Assembly: GCA_977020255.1 (NCBI GenBank) | Contig: CDROCS010002188.1 | Coordinates: 124,001-188,000, forward strand | From: Obrimoposthia wandeli | Taxonomy: Eukaryota | DNA: 64,000 bases | Direction of reading: 5' to 3' | Part shown: piece after piece, positions 39,608 through 54,050 of the stretch | Numbering within the stretch: the stretch's first letter is position 1 | Layout: each line of letters opens with the position of its first letter | The notes under the pieces: model-generated | What the model was told of the DNA's origin: nothing | The model's input: only the letters and a program-made list of their open reading frames with translations | Database searches by the model: none | Translations under genes and position numbers: made by a program

Positions 39608-41604
39608 ATCTATATAAATGGAATCCTAACTTTTACAGACTTACTTTCTTACAAAAACAACACATAAAATTTTAAATTGATCAAAAGTATTAATGGTAAG
39701 TTATTCTTTCCTTTCATTTTTTAATTCTTTCAGGTCCTTTAGATAACTTACGGTTAAACAACTATATTTTGATTCAATTTTCTTTTTTTAAACATTTGGA
39801 CGCGATTCAGAGAATAGCTATGGGAAAAGTTCCATTTTTAATATGTAATGATTATTTGGAACTGTCGCAATAGAACTTGAGTTTCTGAGCTACTCTATTC
39901 AATAGACCTCTTTGAGTTCTCAGCTAATTTTTCTATTCAAATTAATAGCTACAATAGTTGCATCGACTAAGTTATTTGGCAAAAACCGAGTTTCAAGTGT
40001 ATATTAAGTTATTATATGTTTTACGACCTCTACATCAATGTATTTACAATCTTCTCACGTTTTAAATGGTTGTTCTAAATCAAAAACAAGAGTACAGATT
40101 CATTCATACAGTTTACTATGACTAAATCAAGTAGCAAATGTTTTTATCGTTGTTTTCTTAATCACAAAATTATAAATTAAAATTGTAGCCGAAGTTCTTA
40201 AATCGCAAACTTGGGTTAAATATTTTATATATTGTCTAAAAATTGTTTCCAGCATTTATTTCGCCCTAACCATATATGCCTAAGCTCTACATCTAATTTT
40301 ATGAAAAATAGTCAGCACTTACTTTATATAATACAATTTTCATTACTAGATTATGACCTAACTAAACATACCAAAACACATCAGAATAAACCAAAACTTT
40401 ACAATTTTAGTTAATTTCTCTATTTATTCGATCGTCAATAATACATAAATGCACAACGGTTCCATGTATTCCAACTGTTTTTTTAAATTAATCGTTATAT
40501 TTCAATATTTTTGATACTAATATTTTAAAACGCAAGGAATTTGCAACAAAATCCAATATTATTTTATTCTATATTTGAAAAACATTTGGACTATATTTGT
40601 ATTCATCAATAATTGTAGATAATTAAACTAATTTCTTAAGAATATGTCACTTTTGTGCTTGAACCTTTTAAAGTCATGCTGAGAGTCTACTTTTCATTAT
40701 ATATTGTAGCTGTTTTCATTAAAATTGAAGCAGGTCTTTTGCTAATTTATTTCATACAAATCAAACACATAAAAACTATATAGTGATGAGTGTTTTATAA
40801 TGATGTTGATTTTATTCATTCACATAGTAATTTTGATTTAAAAAGCTGTTTTATAAAATTAGCACAATTAATTTGTAGGATTATGTTACAAAAAATAAGA
40901 TACTATTATATTGAAATTTTGATTTCTCAACACATATAAAGTTGCACATTTGTATAGAAGTGTAAAAGAGCAATTATATGATTAAATAGGTTTTATTGCA
41001 AGTAAGTCAATGACTTATTAAAATTTACTTATTTACTTATTAGCTTCCTCTACCTATCGAAGTCAATCTGTATGTCATATGAAAGGAAAGTAAAACTTCT
41101 TATTAGCATTCTTTGACTGATCGATCTCCTGAGTCAGGAAATTTGAGTTTAGTACCTGAGCATTGAGGAAGATTGCAGATTCATGCTGGTCTAAAACTGC
41201 AATTCTATATTATATCTTTGGAAAGGCATATCTAAAGGGAAGGGGAAAGTAAGACTCAATTAGAAATATAGTACTGCACTTTCAAGTTGTGATGTATATA
41301 GTAGTTATAACTGTTTAATGAGGCCAAAACCATTAGACATAATTACTTTATATCTGTGATGCTGGGTATACTGGTTATTTAATAATTGTTTTGTTTTGCA
41401 TATTGGCTTAGCAGTAATGAGCAACCTTTATTAACTTTGGCTCCTACTTTAAAGATAAAATCTAAAAAAGTAAAGAAGAAATGAATAAAATTGTAAATCA
41501 TACAAAAAAACTAATGTGAAACCTTTGCTTGGTGCAAAGAATTTATTTCGGAAATCCTAGGACAATTTTTGAACAGCTTACTTGTATTTCTTTCTAAACT
41601 TTCT

Positions 41605-41638
41605 GCTCTCTCTCTCTTTCTTTCTCTCTCTCTCTCTC
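41605..41638. repeat. (CT)n microsatellite, imperfect
   Basis: CTCTCTCTCTCTTTCTTTCTCTCTCTCTCTC. Confidence 0.85.
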
Positions 41639-42606
41639 ATCTACCAGGCTTTTCTGAACAATTCTGAATACCTTAATTGGTAGCCAATGCATTTTTGTAA
41701 GATGACATACCATAGGATTTCCCGAATGGTGTATTGTTGGCCGTAAAAAGTATATATGACACCAGATTAGAACAAAGTTTGTAATCTACAATGGAAAGAG
41801 TCATATGAAGGCTTTAAATGATTACCTGCATTATTATTTTCGTTTTTTCACAGCAACTAATATAGCTTAAAAAAATTGACTTACATTGGCGTTTTTGTAA
41901 AGAGTTTTAAAATAACCCCACATATTTTAGTTGGATGTAAATCGGAGCTGTGGGAAGGCCATTTTAATATTTTTATATCAGAATTATCTAGGAATGTTTT
42001 AGAAATATTGCTTATATGAGCGAGTGCATTATCATGCGTCTAAATAAATGAATTGCCTGTTCATTTATCTGTTCTAAGGGATCATCTGTAATAGTCATAA
42101 TTTTCCCTATTTAAACTTTATTCCACTAGTTTCACTCGAAGTATACCGTCATAAGTTATTATTCCATGTACCCACATCACCAGAATGTAGATTTTATTGA
42201 CCCAATTCCTTATCTTTACTTAATCCATTCCAATAATTATCTGGATCGTTTAACGTAAACTACTTTTTTTCAATGAATGTGACGTTATTTTCATGGAATG
42301 CTTTGCTGAATCCATTGACCTGTGACCTCAATTTTATTTACTTTTTCTTTAAACAGAATTTTCTTTAAAAAAACTGTACCGATATTTACACATTTTCAAA
42401 GCTCTTTGCAGATTTTAAAATCTTTTTTTGTGTCTTTTTGTGTAACATAATTTATAATTTGTGCAAAATATTGAAAATCTTAACTTAATTTATAAATAGA
42501 TGTATTACTTATAAATAAACTTAGTATATTATAGATAAGAAATATATAACAATTTAGTCCATTTTATTGTATATGTTCCATTGACAATTATTTTTATCCT
42601 GTGCAG

Positions 42607-42710
42607 CATTTCGCAGATAAGACAATGGGAGTAATGTCGTGGGTAATGCCTCTATTTGTGGGGATCTCTGTATTCGGGAGCATGAATGCGGAAATATTGT
42701 CTCTCTCCAG
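42607..42710 (+). CDS. SLC7/LAT-like coding exon 6
   Basis: Acceptor CCTGTGCAG|; HFADKTMGVMSWVMPLFVGISVFGSMNAEILSLS(R); donor AG|GTTAGT; 104 nt, phase 0 to 2. Confidence 0.95.
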
Positions 42711-45700
42711 GTTAGTATTTAGTTTTCTTTTTCAATATCAATCCCGACTACCACTGGACAAATCTATCTACAGCACATAATTATATATTAAAGTACCTTC
42801 AAGTAAATATCACAGAAACCGTCATTCTTCTGAAATTTCTTTTTGTTTCATTTTATAGGCCATGGGAGAGCTGTGATTTGTAAATATCAACAATTTTGGT
42901 GTCATGTCCAATCGTAAGAAATTGGTCTGATTGGAATCAGAATCTTTTTGATATTTACAGATAATTTTTACTTTTCGGCTTATCACTTGAAGAGAGTGTA
43001 CTAAGATTATCTTAGAAGAAATGACATATCAAACTATGCTGCACACGTTTACAGCACACAATTAATATTGACCTTAAATAACGCAACGATGCATGTTTCA
43101 ATGTAAAGCCAAGGGCACTCAAAGAAAAATGTATGGTCAAATATAAACTTATGAGTTTTAAATAACCAGAATTATCAATATTCTCTTGATCAGTTTTTGA
43201 CAATTGAAACCTCAGTTTAACTTACACCTCGTATGAACTGGCAACATGTAACATTACCTCAATATACCGGATATTTTGCAGAAATATTATTGAAGAATTA
43301 TCGAATGAATTAGATTTCAGATTTGTTTTAATAAAATATTTGTTTGAATACATATAATTAATTATATAAATTGGTGAAAACAAAAGGAAAATAATTTTAT
43401 TTGAACATTCACTGACAAATTTAAACTATTTGGCTTGGGGAAATGGTCTGACGGATTTATTAAATATATTGAATAATCATTTCAATTACAATGAAGAAAA
43501 AATGAAACAGAGGAAAACTATCTGGAATTTTAAACAGTAATAGTTATGTTTTTAAATACATAATCCGTGCTATTGAATTGATTCTACTATTTATGACATT
43601 TTTAGATGACGTAAAATTTACTTTCAGCTTTTACCCGGTCTGAGAAGTGTCTGCAAATCCGAGGTACTTGAGAAACGTTGCAATCCCTGCTGGGATAATT
43701 TATGTTGTTTTCACTTCAAAACATTAAGTATCGGGGAAGTTTCTGAAAGAAACTGAAAATAAGCCCTTAGATATTCTCGGTACTGAAAATGAATGAACCC
43801 GCTCTGGTTGTGCTGATGTTTGCTTCATGTTTGTATACATTATCGGAGAAACAATCTGTCGAAGACCGCAACCGCTGTGCTATGAATTCACGTTGGTTTC
43901 CATTTCAACAATTCAGACTGAATCAAAGCTCCCAAATTAAGCGACAGAGAACCGAGTTTCAAATAGCCAATCGTTTGTATTTCTTAAGTAATATGAGTAG
44001 AGTTAATTGTGCTCGTTTTTGAAATATATAAACTTTCTAATAATCTTTCTGGTATGGAATTTTGAACATGACTATTTCTTTAACATGTACATAATACATG
44101 TACAGTTCTTTTGACACATTTCCATCTAGATGTTGCTGAAGAGTTTTGTCGTTACAAATTGTCACTTTCTGTCCTAATCGCACTTTTCTGGAATGGATAT
44201 AAAAACTGGCTTCGATACTTACTAACATTCGCAGATCCAGTGTCAGCGTCTTCTGTAAAATGTGAAGATTACATAGGAGCAATTAGATGATTCCCAATAT
44301 CCACAGACAATGGATTTCCGAAATCGATAAGAGTTCGCGTCGGATTTAGTGACGGTTTCTTAATTGCTAAGAAAAGAACGAATCTTTGTCAAATATTTGC
44401 CAATCTTTATCTATGGATTTTAGTTTACATTCATTTTTGTCACCGGTTGAATAAATAAACTCATCGTTCATAATACATTTATTGAATTGTTTATTTGAAA
44501 CGTTTAATTCCATATGTTCGAATGATTATATCGACTGTGCAGCAAGTGACGAAGAGTTTCGTCTAGAAGTGTGGCAGTACATTTTTATTTCAATGCAACA
44601 TGCTGGAGAAATTCAAATGCATATTGGGAAATATGTTAACAATGGCTATAAGATACCGACAAAGACAATAAGATTACTCGGCACATTTAAAGTCTGCATT
44701 GCTGTGTCAATAAATGAATTAAATGTTTTTAAACTATGTTTTTATTAATCAATTGATAAAAAAGTTTAAATGTTGACTGTGAATGTTTGACTAATAAATG
44801 TAATTGCTTTCAACAATGTTGAGAACAACAGTCAAAAATTAAAAATAAAATTGAAAAGCATTAAAGGGAAATTATTTTAGAAATTTGTAAAAAAGTAATA
44901 ATTGTTTTCTCAACGGGTTATTTTTGTTCATTGTCAGGGCAGATCTAGGAAGAGGAGTAGAGAGTTGTACACACCCAAACGTTCTAACCATGTATGATAA
45001 ATCTATTCAGTAATATTACGAAGTTTACCGAGTTCATCATAGATATAACAAGCCTACCCCCATGAATTCAATCAATTTGCTGATATTTTTGTTTTTCAAT
45101 TACTCTTGGTTATATATATAAATAAATCACTCCTTTTGTCTGATATACATATTTGCATGTACAAAATTCTTTCAACTATACGCGTGGAGTAATGTTGATA
45201 ACTGTCCTAAACAATTTTTTCTCTTCAATATCCTATGTCATCTGGAAAAGTTTCTCCCAGCATCATACTGGTACTCCACCTATTTGCGACGAGTGGTGTG
45301 TCAGCCAGTTCAGCTGAACAATGCAACTCAGCCTTTTAATTGATAAGGAGTCGAATCACAAAAATATAAAACTAAATTGTGATACAAACATTAACTCTGA
45401 TGAATTGTATGATACATTTTATATTTAAATTGATTTATTTTCATAAAACACTGGTTAGGAACTTTCCTACATGTGAATATATTTCAATTATCGCAAACTC
45501 TCTGGTTTTCGATTCGTAATATACCTATACTATTCATCGTTGAAAATATATTACAAAATATGCTTGAAATCCACTTCATTATTTAAAGATAAATTTCTTG
45601 CAGTAATTTCTAAAATTTATTTTAACAGTCACTAATTGAAACTGCTGTGTATCTGCCTCTGAAACTCGTTGTGTTCGATAATTCTACAGAGTGAAAGAAT

Positions 45701-46429
45701 TTGTTTGTGACGGGTTTTCGATTTTGAGTTACCATTTCGTAATTTGATTTAGCACGTTTTTTTCCGTTTGAATTATGTTGCACTTTAAAGTGCATGGTAT
45801 TGTGTGAGGCTATATAATAGGCTAACATTTTGTGATTAACTTCTAACTTTAACATTAGGTTTGATTTATTGGTAGTTTTGTGAATTTGCAGTTTTGATGT
45901 TCAGGGGTATTTTACGGTTTTTTTAGTCAGTTTTAGTTGCTGTAGCTGTGGATTTTAGTGAATTTGGTGACGTGTAAAAGTTTCTTATTTAGTGTTATAG
46001 TACAGCGATGAATATAATTTTGAAGAAACTTTCAATGGCCTTTAGTAGACAATCAGATTCTGAATGAACATTTCAGAAAACAAAGGATGCATAGAGTTAA
46101 AACTAACTTTAATCAACCTGCCCGTAAATTCGAGAAGAATTTATGTTTACCAACAACAGTTACTAAACATGAAATGTCAATGTGAAATATATTTTATCCG
46201 AAATTCGACAATTTGCGGCTCAATCGTAATTGTATCTAGTTCGTGGCATTTTGACTTAGGGTCACTTTATCCGAACACTTGCACTGTTATTTCAAACTAA
46301 ACTAAATCAACTGACTATGGGTTTATTTTCGGTGGATTCTCATTTCAGACGTTGTAGTGGTTTGAAAGTGGCTCGTCTGTGTTGGGTTGTGTAATTATTG
46401 ACATTGGTATTCTTCAAATTCATAGTGAT

Positions 46430-46900
46430 ACATTTTCAGCACCAAATCAGCTGATGAATTTATAGAAAAATTTCCGAAACCTGAAAGGAAAATGATTATG
46501 ATGAAAGTTTGATTTTTATTGTTGATGATATAGGCTTTAAGTGGGAACAATTTCCTTCTAAGACATTATCTGCACACCAAGAACGTTATGTTGCAGACTA
46601 TAAAGCCAGCAAAGATCAAGTAATGGTATGTGCTAATTCAACCGGAAGATCCCGAGTTCAGCTTTTCCCTCTTGGTACATCGATAAAACCCACATGTTAC
46701 AACTATTTAAAATTTCTTCCGCTGACGGATGCAAACCAAACCAAAGCATGGAAGACTGATGATATATTTAAACAGTTGGTTGAAATTTTCCCCAGAAATA
46801 ATGAAATACCAAATGTAAATTTGCAAAGAAAGTCAAATACTGTTATAGATTGATGATGCGCCTTCACATTCACCAATTGAATTTTTGATAGATTTCAATG
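46430..46900 (+). mobile_element. pogo/Tigger (Jerky-like DDE_1) transposase relic
   Basis: IFIVDDIGFKWEQFPSKTLSA...KASKDQVMVCANSTG...NQTKAWKTDDIF and DDAPSH, matching IFN.DETGL.W...P.KTL...CANA.G...AWM...F...DNAPSH. Confidence 0.75.
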
Positions 46901-47132
46901 ATTGTGACCATAATTTGTACTTTTTAAACATCTTTGAAGTTGCACAAAAACAATACAAAATGAAGAAAAAATGTTTGAAGGTATTGACTAACACTCACGC
47001 AATCATAATATAGTAACGTGTAATGTACTATCAGCAAATCCAAAATATTCTGATACGTTACTTTTTGAGAAAAAGAAATCCGTTAAGTGTAACGCGTTAA
47101 TACCCAACACTGGTTACATAATAGCTACAGTA

Positions 47133-47875
47133 CAGTAATTATTCACCTGTAAGGGTATTCATTAAAACATGTTTTTGAGAGAGACCGACACCGAATCACT
47201 TATAGATGCATTATTTAAAAGTCTCACCTGTAAGAGTACAGTCGAATATTCAAACAAGAACTTAAAATCCTGAAAAGATGTTTACTTACATTAATTACAT
47301 ATGTTCAGATACATTTATATGTGGTGTTCAACTCGATAATTTCCTTCTCGATTTCTTGTGCGGCTAAAAAACATTTATTCTTGATCAGGTTTGCAAGTGT
47401 TTTAGCCAAACGTTGTTCTGCGTTCTTAGAAGGTTCTTGCTTTGAACTTTGATACTTTTTGTCTGTATTTGTTGATTTCATTTGTTTTGATTTTTTCTTT
47501 GAACTTTGATACTTTTTGTCTGTATTTGTTGATTTCATTTGTTTTGATTTTTTCTTTGAACTTTGATACTTTTTGTTTGTACTTGTTGATTTCATTTGTT
47601 TTGAGTGTTTCTTTTTACTTTGATACTTTTTGTCGTTTTTTTTTGTTGTTTCGCATTACATATGTGCATCCTCTAGGTCAAGAAATTTCTTTGAACATCG
47701 TTTCATACGTTATTGAAGGAGTTGTTTGCGTCGTGGATCTAAATATAATAAATATATTCAAATAAAAAATCAAGGACTTAAATCCGGTCACCGGGCACCC
47801 TTATAGGTGAAGCGTGAAATTTTCGGTGACCGGACACCCTTATAGGTGGGACCCCTTATAGGTGAATAATTACTG
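47133..47875. mobile_element. non-autonomous Tc1/mariner-superfamily (pogo-like) element, 743 bp
   Basis: 23-bp TIRs CAGTAATTATTCACCT(G/A)TAAGGG match 22/23; TA at 47131-32 and 47876-77; subterminal copies of CACCCTTATAGGTG. Confidence 0.88.
47444..47632. repeat. 57-bp tandem repeat, ~3.3 copies, inside the non-autonomous element
   Basis: Units start at 47444, 47501, 47558 and 47615. The minus strand reads KSKQMKSTNTDKKYQSSKK repeated. Confidence 0.92.
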
Positions 47876-50142
47876 TAAACTGTGCTAAAGACAAACCTTA
47901 TATATTTTTAATTTAGACTGATAAGTGATCAAATTTAAGAATTTGTATAACTATTTTACTTTATGTTAATTATATGCACCTCAATTTATATGGCTGAAAG
48001 GATTTTCAAGTTACAATTTTTCGTTATTTCCCATCTCTTTAAATATGTTCTTGTTGAGCTATACAGCTTCGTAGCTAACTTCCAAATTTGAGGCTAGAAA
48101 ATATTTTCTAGTTCTTTGCCCATAAAAAGCTCTTTTTACTGTGTTGATTTTAAATATCTACCTCTATTATAACTAAATACAACATAGATATTGCTGTTTG
48201 TTATTTATCCGTACAAATCGAAATCATTTTTTTCAAATTAAAACTTTGTTAATTTTTTGACAGTGCCAAACTGAAAACGTACAAAGATGGTTCTTAACTT
48301 TTAATAAACAACGACGGTTTATTAGGACGAATACAGTATATATATATATAATTTTGGAGCAGTTTAACATTAAGATTACAATTAATAATCTGAATATGCA
48401 CTATTACGATGTCTGAAACTATTTTTGAGGAGAGATTGGAGTTAGAACCGTTTGGAAATATTTACTTTTAAGTAAATTTAAACAATTAAAATTTGAAAAT
48501 ATTTATTATGTTTTATGTACTATTTCTATTTATTAGTAATACATTTATGTATAACTTAAATTTAACTTTAGATAATTTACAAAATATTTTATAGAAAGAA
48601 AAATAAAGGTTAACTAAATAAATTCTATTAATTTAGACATATAATTGTTTTTAAGTGCGCATTGGAAATGGTTCAGCTGATAGATCTTATGAATAACTTA
48701 GTATCTTTTGTTTTATTTTTTTTCATTTATCGGTTTGTTTTAAATCTAGTACAGTTAACATATTCGAGATTCTTCAATAATATTTTTAAACATGGAAATT
48801 AGAGGGGAAAAAACCTTTAATCCTAAACAACAATTTAAATGTCTTAGAATGTTTTTTTAAATGTTGTAGTTAGATACTGAGAAAGCCGGATTTTTAATTT
48901 GAAGTTACTTGTAATCAATATTTCAATTTGTTACAATATCTATTTTTACAAATTTAAATTTGCTTTGGTTTTAAAAGCGTCACTCAAATGAAATATTAAT
49001 TCATTTGAATAAAACAAGGAATATTAGAAGATAACATAAACTATATTTACAAAGTGTCAAAATTTAATGGAACATAACATATCAAACTTCCATACAGGAA
49101 CTCTTTTGATTTTAATTATAAATCTACATGAACTGTCCGTATTATTTCTGGATACATAAGTGTATATAATTATACAATTTTGTTTTAAAACAGATAAAAC
49201 ATAAGTCTTCTAGTTTTTGAGTTACAGTTTTTACAATCAGCTTTTTTGACTCTTCAATTCTCAATGTCATATAATTTTAATTTACAATTTTTTTCAGATA
49301 GCTTATTTTGACTTTTTTAAAATTAAGTCTTTCTGAATAATTCTGTGAATTCTAAATTCGATTTCAAAGTTTATTGGTATATATGGTGTTTTGCTATTTC
49401 TTTCCCGTAGTTGAACTATTAATCAAAAGATCATTATAAAAATATTATTTCAATCTAAGTATTTCAGTTAAAGAAGAGACACATTATTTTATACTGATTA
49501 AAGTTAGAATAATCCAAAATTCTTCTAATTATTCAGAAAGCACAATATATTAGAAACCAAGTTATTTAGAGGACCTTTGAAAACTAATGGAGAATTAAAT
49601 TACTCTGAGATTAAAATAGTGATAGCTTTGACTGTGCAACAATAATACAGAATATTTGAAGTTAAATGTGCAAAGTTATTTAAAAATAGTAAATTTACGT
49701 TCTTTTAAAATAATGGATCACTTTTCTATTTTAGAAGCATTTTTGAGAGTTCCTGTGACATATAGTTCAAGCTACAATAAATTATTCACCATTAAGTTCC
49801 AGTCTCAGAGATCATATAGAGCATTGGTGACACGCGTCTTTGAATAATGCGTATTCACTAGATTTCGACGCAACCTAATTAAATCTTATTTTATCTTATA
49901 AACCTTGGAATTTTTTTAAAGTAATTTTTAATTATTTTTATTTTGTATCAAAATTTTGTTTTTTTCTATTTACTATTTTAGTGATGGTTATTTCTAGTCT
50001 GAGATTTAAGGCTGCATCATTGTCTATTTGTAGAGAGCAAGTTCTCTGACGGCCACGATGATGATGTCCACATACAACATCGTTGATAAGCTACTTATTT
50101 TTCTTGTATTCACATGATTAGTTGTCTGAGATAATTGTCTAG

Positions 50143-50239
50143 ATTGACTCACACCGGGGCTGAAGAGAGCCAATTGCCCCAGATTCTCGCCATGGTCAGC
50201 TACCGCCATCTGACGCCTACTCCAGCAATCATTCTCATC
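50143..50239 (+). CDS. SLC7/LAT-like coding exon 7
   Basis: Acceptor TTGTCTAG|; (R)LTHTGAEESQLPQILAMVSYRHLTPTPAIILI; donor |GTGAGT; 97 nt, phase 2 to 0. Confidence 0.95.
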
Positions 50240-51499
50240 GTGAGTTTTTCCTCCAGACATTCCCTAGATAGTCTACAGTACTGCAGTAGTGGAGTCTTCC
50301 ATTTCACCTATTCGTTTCGCCTACTTCATTATTAAGATTTTCCCCTTTAGCTTACTCCAGTTTCAATATCGAGTTAACAACTAATTTTGGTTATTACTAA
50401 ACTTAAGAAAAAATGTACTATAAAGAAAAAATTCAAGAAATAAGTATTGAAAGAAACACGTAATTAAAAAAAAAAGAAGTTCCCATTGGGCATTTTTCTA
50501 CGAAATTTTGACGTTTAATCGTTTGTCATGAACAAGTATAAATTTATCTATCTTTCTTATTCAATTAATAATCATTGTAGGATATTTGTTTGATTTCCCA
50601 AATTTGTCTTATCAGATTGACTCAACTTATTAAATAAATTGAAAAAAAATGTTTGATTTACATATGGCTTTCATGTCTCAATTTTCTCTATATATGTCCA
50701 TCCTAGAAGAGCCTTCCTAATCATCGATTTTCCGCGCTTTCATCTCAATTCCTCTATACAACTGTGCTAATAGCACCTCCACAACATTTTCGCTGTTTGC
50801 TGACGAAAAATTAATATTCCTCAAATGTAGCCAAATCATTTTAACTTCAGACCAAACTATGACTCTTAGATTTTCAAGCACTTTTTTAATTGCTAACGTA
50901 CTAAATTTTTTTTCTCAAATTTCCTACAGGATCCATTCTGAGCTCTGTAGGAGCTTCTTGACAGCCTTCCATGCATTTCTTAGTTATGATTATTTATCTA
51001 TAACAATTTTACTGTCACTACACGACACTTGCTATAGTTGTAATTAAACATTTCCAAGAGATTAACCAACAGAATTTGAAATCGATACATCGCAGAACTT
51101 CGTAAAGATTTAATTTCATCGAATAAAAACGCATTTTCAATTATTTTTTGAATGAATTGAATTTTGTCAATTATATAATGCATAATGGCCACACCTAAAT
51201 ATTACTAATTCTAATTTAGACAGCGAAGAAATCATAATATTTAGTTTATTTCCATTTGTCTTCATTTATTTTTAGATATCGGAAAATAATATAAAATAAG
51301 ATGTATTAGAAGAAGTTCTGATTCAAAAATAAAATAAAATGTAGATTTAAAATCTTAGTATATTTGTTGTTTTTAATGTTGGAGTATTTATCAATATTTT
51401 GAAGTTTTGTTTTATAACAAAAGCAATACTATAAATAATTAAGCGCTAATATCTAATCAATCTATAATTTATTACTCAAAAGTGCTTCCTGTTTTCCAT

Positions 51500-52560
51500 T
51501 ATTCTTTGTAATATTTTCTGAATTGGCAGATTGTAGTCAAGATTTGGAGCATCAATTACAAGCAAGTTTGTTTTTTAAAGTTTTTTTCTGAATCTCCAGT
51601 CATAATCAGTTTTCCTAATATGCATATACACGTTCACTGTACCATGTTCGAGAAGATCAAATAAATATTTGGGCTTTAGTGAGAGAAAACATTTTTGATA
51701 ATATGTTTTATCTTGAATTTTGTCATTGATTAATAGTTAATAAAGATTCAATTAGTGTTTACTTGTACTAGAACTTTTCTTTAATTTAATATAATTCTGA
51801 CTGCTTTGTTTAAATCTTTTGAAAACGATTTAATTGATAAGCTGGAATATTAAACAGAAAATAATTTTGGAAATAAAGTCGTGATGTAATTATAATAGTA
51901 AGGTATTTTCTTATTTGATAAATCTTTTTAATATGACTGTTGCATGTTTTATTATGCTTTATTTTCTGACAAATTTTTGTAACATTTTCATTAAGAATGC
52001 AACTAATGTTCTTTATTTAGTTATTAGATTAATATGTTTTTCACTGACATGCATGAAATTATTTTTTCTTTAATACTGTTTCTATTATTCTTAGATCCAA
52101 ATAATAAAATCTCAATTTTATTTTCAATTTCAGAAAATGTTATTACATAGTCATTAGAATTAGAATCAACATAACATTGTGTGTCATCTGCGTAAAGGTG
52201 GAAATTAATATTATATTTCTTGATAATTGCTACGATTGACGAAGTTTATATCGAAAAAATGATGTGATCATGAATTTAACCTTGAGGAACACCTCATTTT
52301 AAGTCTTCAGGATCTGATAATGTAATCAAATATAACAAATTATTCGCGCAAAAGTACATACGTCTTAAAACAATTAATATTTTTTCCATCGATTCCAATA
52401 TTTTGCAATCTTTTAATAATATTGCAGTATTAACAGTGACTAATGCTGTAGATAGATCTTAAAGTATCATAAGCACGTATTTTCCATTTTTTCCCAGATT
52501 TTAATAATAAAATATCACACTAAGCAATGGCATTTTAGATCAAAGATAACTTCTACAAAC
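51500..52560 (-). mobile_element. decayed CR1/L2-like LINE reverse transcriptase
   Basis: The minus strand reads GVPQG (52280-52293) then IIKKYNINFHLYADDTQCYVDS (YADD at 52183-52194). Outer boundaries approximate. Confidence 0.75.
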
Positions 52561-53689
52561 TGATTCTTAAATAGGGAGTAAATTGTTTATTTCTAAATAA
52601 CTACTTAACTGTATCGAAATTAATTTTTGAAAAATTTTCTATAGAAATTAAATTTTGAAATCGGCTTGAAATTTTATAGATTTGTTTTATCTTCGTTTTT
52701 GACTTTTATGAATGGTTTTCATGGAATTAATCATTTATCATTGACATGTTTTACTATCTTAACAACTGGTATTATTATTTCAAGAATTACTTCAGATTTA
52801 AGCAGGAAAGATCGTATTTCAGCTTACATATTGTAGTTTTAACAATAGTTTAATTTACTTGATTCATTTTAAATGAAGTAACAAGCAGAATATTGTTAAT
52901 CGGTAAATATTAATTAGATAAAACTAAATTTTCTATTAAAAATACATTAAGGTGGCCTCTATGTGAATGACTAAATGGTTACACACAAAAGCCTATCGAA
53001 AAAAGAATACATTCACATTATATCACATTTGAAAATATTAATATCAAGGAAGAGCGTTGGAAATTCAAATGCTCTATACATAGAATAGTTGCACATTTAT
53101 GAAGCAAGCATATATACAAAGAATCTTAAACAGTGACCTACTAACATATACAGTATATTTACCAGATTTGATGTGAGATTAAATTTCTGAACTCTCCATT
53201 AATTGATATCTTCTGATCACACCAATCCTTTCATTGATTTCGTAGAAATTTCTCTCAATTGTCTTTGTCTTCGAACTCAATTTATTTCTGCTCTCATATA
53301 TGATAAATATTTCCCAATTAAAAATTTATTTTATCTCTTTTATTTTTAATTTATTGCCTAGAACTTGAATTTATATTTCTACGTATTTTAATCAGTCGCC
53401 GACAGTAACTTTGAGACAAAACCGTTTTTCGAGTGGAAAATAATTAAATTGACTTTTTATTTGTGAATTAAACTTTTGACACTTAATTTTGATATTATTA
53501 TTCCTTTTTATAAGTTTAAATTTATGTTTCTTTGCTGTATATAGTAGAGATTTTTAGTAAAGCACAAGTTTGATTTATAACTGTTATTTTAAAACTAACT
53601 TGCATTAATTTTAAATGCAAGTATCGATCAAATAATGGAGTTTATTCAAATATTTTTATTATTCTTCAACCAAGTCTCTAACGTTTTTG

Positions 53690-54050
53690 GGAGCGACCAG
53701 GCTAACTTACATTTACATGGTGAAATCAGTTCTTTAAATGGTTATGTATGGAGTGACGTCAATCTACATATTGGTATTGAAAATCCTCTAATTTCTCCAA
53801 GAGTGACTGTTTGGATTGGTTTCACAAAATTATTTGGTTGGTCGATTTTAATTTCTTTTCAAGATGAGGATTTTAACAAGAAAAAAAATCGTGAAGATAA
53901 TTTGATTTCTTTTTAAAAAACAATAACTATAAAGATATATTTATACAATATGGAATCGAGTATGCAGAAAGGGACTTTGTCGGCTTCTTCACTGAATTCA
54001 TCACCAATTTATATTTGGTTTTGGGATCATCTAAAGAAGAAATTTAAATA
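53690..54050 (+). mobile_element. Tc1/mariner transposase relic
   Basis: QANLHLHGEI (EA.FHL.G.V), PLISPRVTVWIG, and FWFWDHLKKK. Confidence 0.5.

Noticed and set aside
27767-44921. TTAACCCGTTGA (27767) and TCAACGGGTTAT (~44910) as the two ends of one piggyBac
   Set aside because: They are 17 kb apart with host exons between, the right side has TTAT rather than TTAA, and the match is short. More likely unrelated end fragments.
46451-46480. CTGATGA...CGAAAC hammerhead-like core
   Set aside because: There is no proper stem II closing pair or flanking stems, and the sequence reads ADEFIEKFPK within the Tigger relic.
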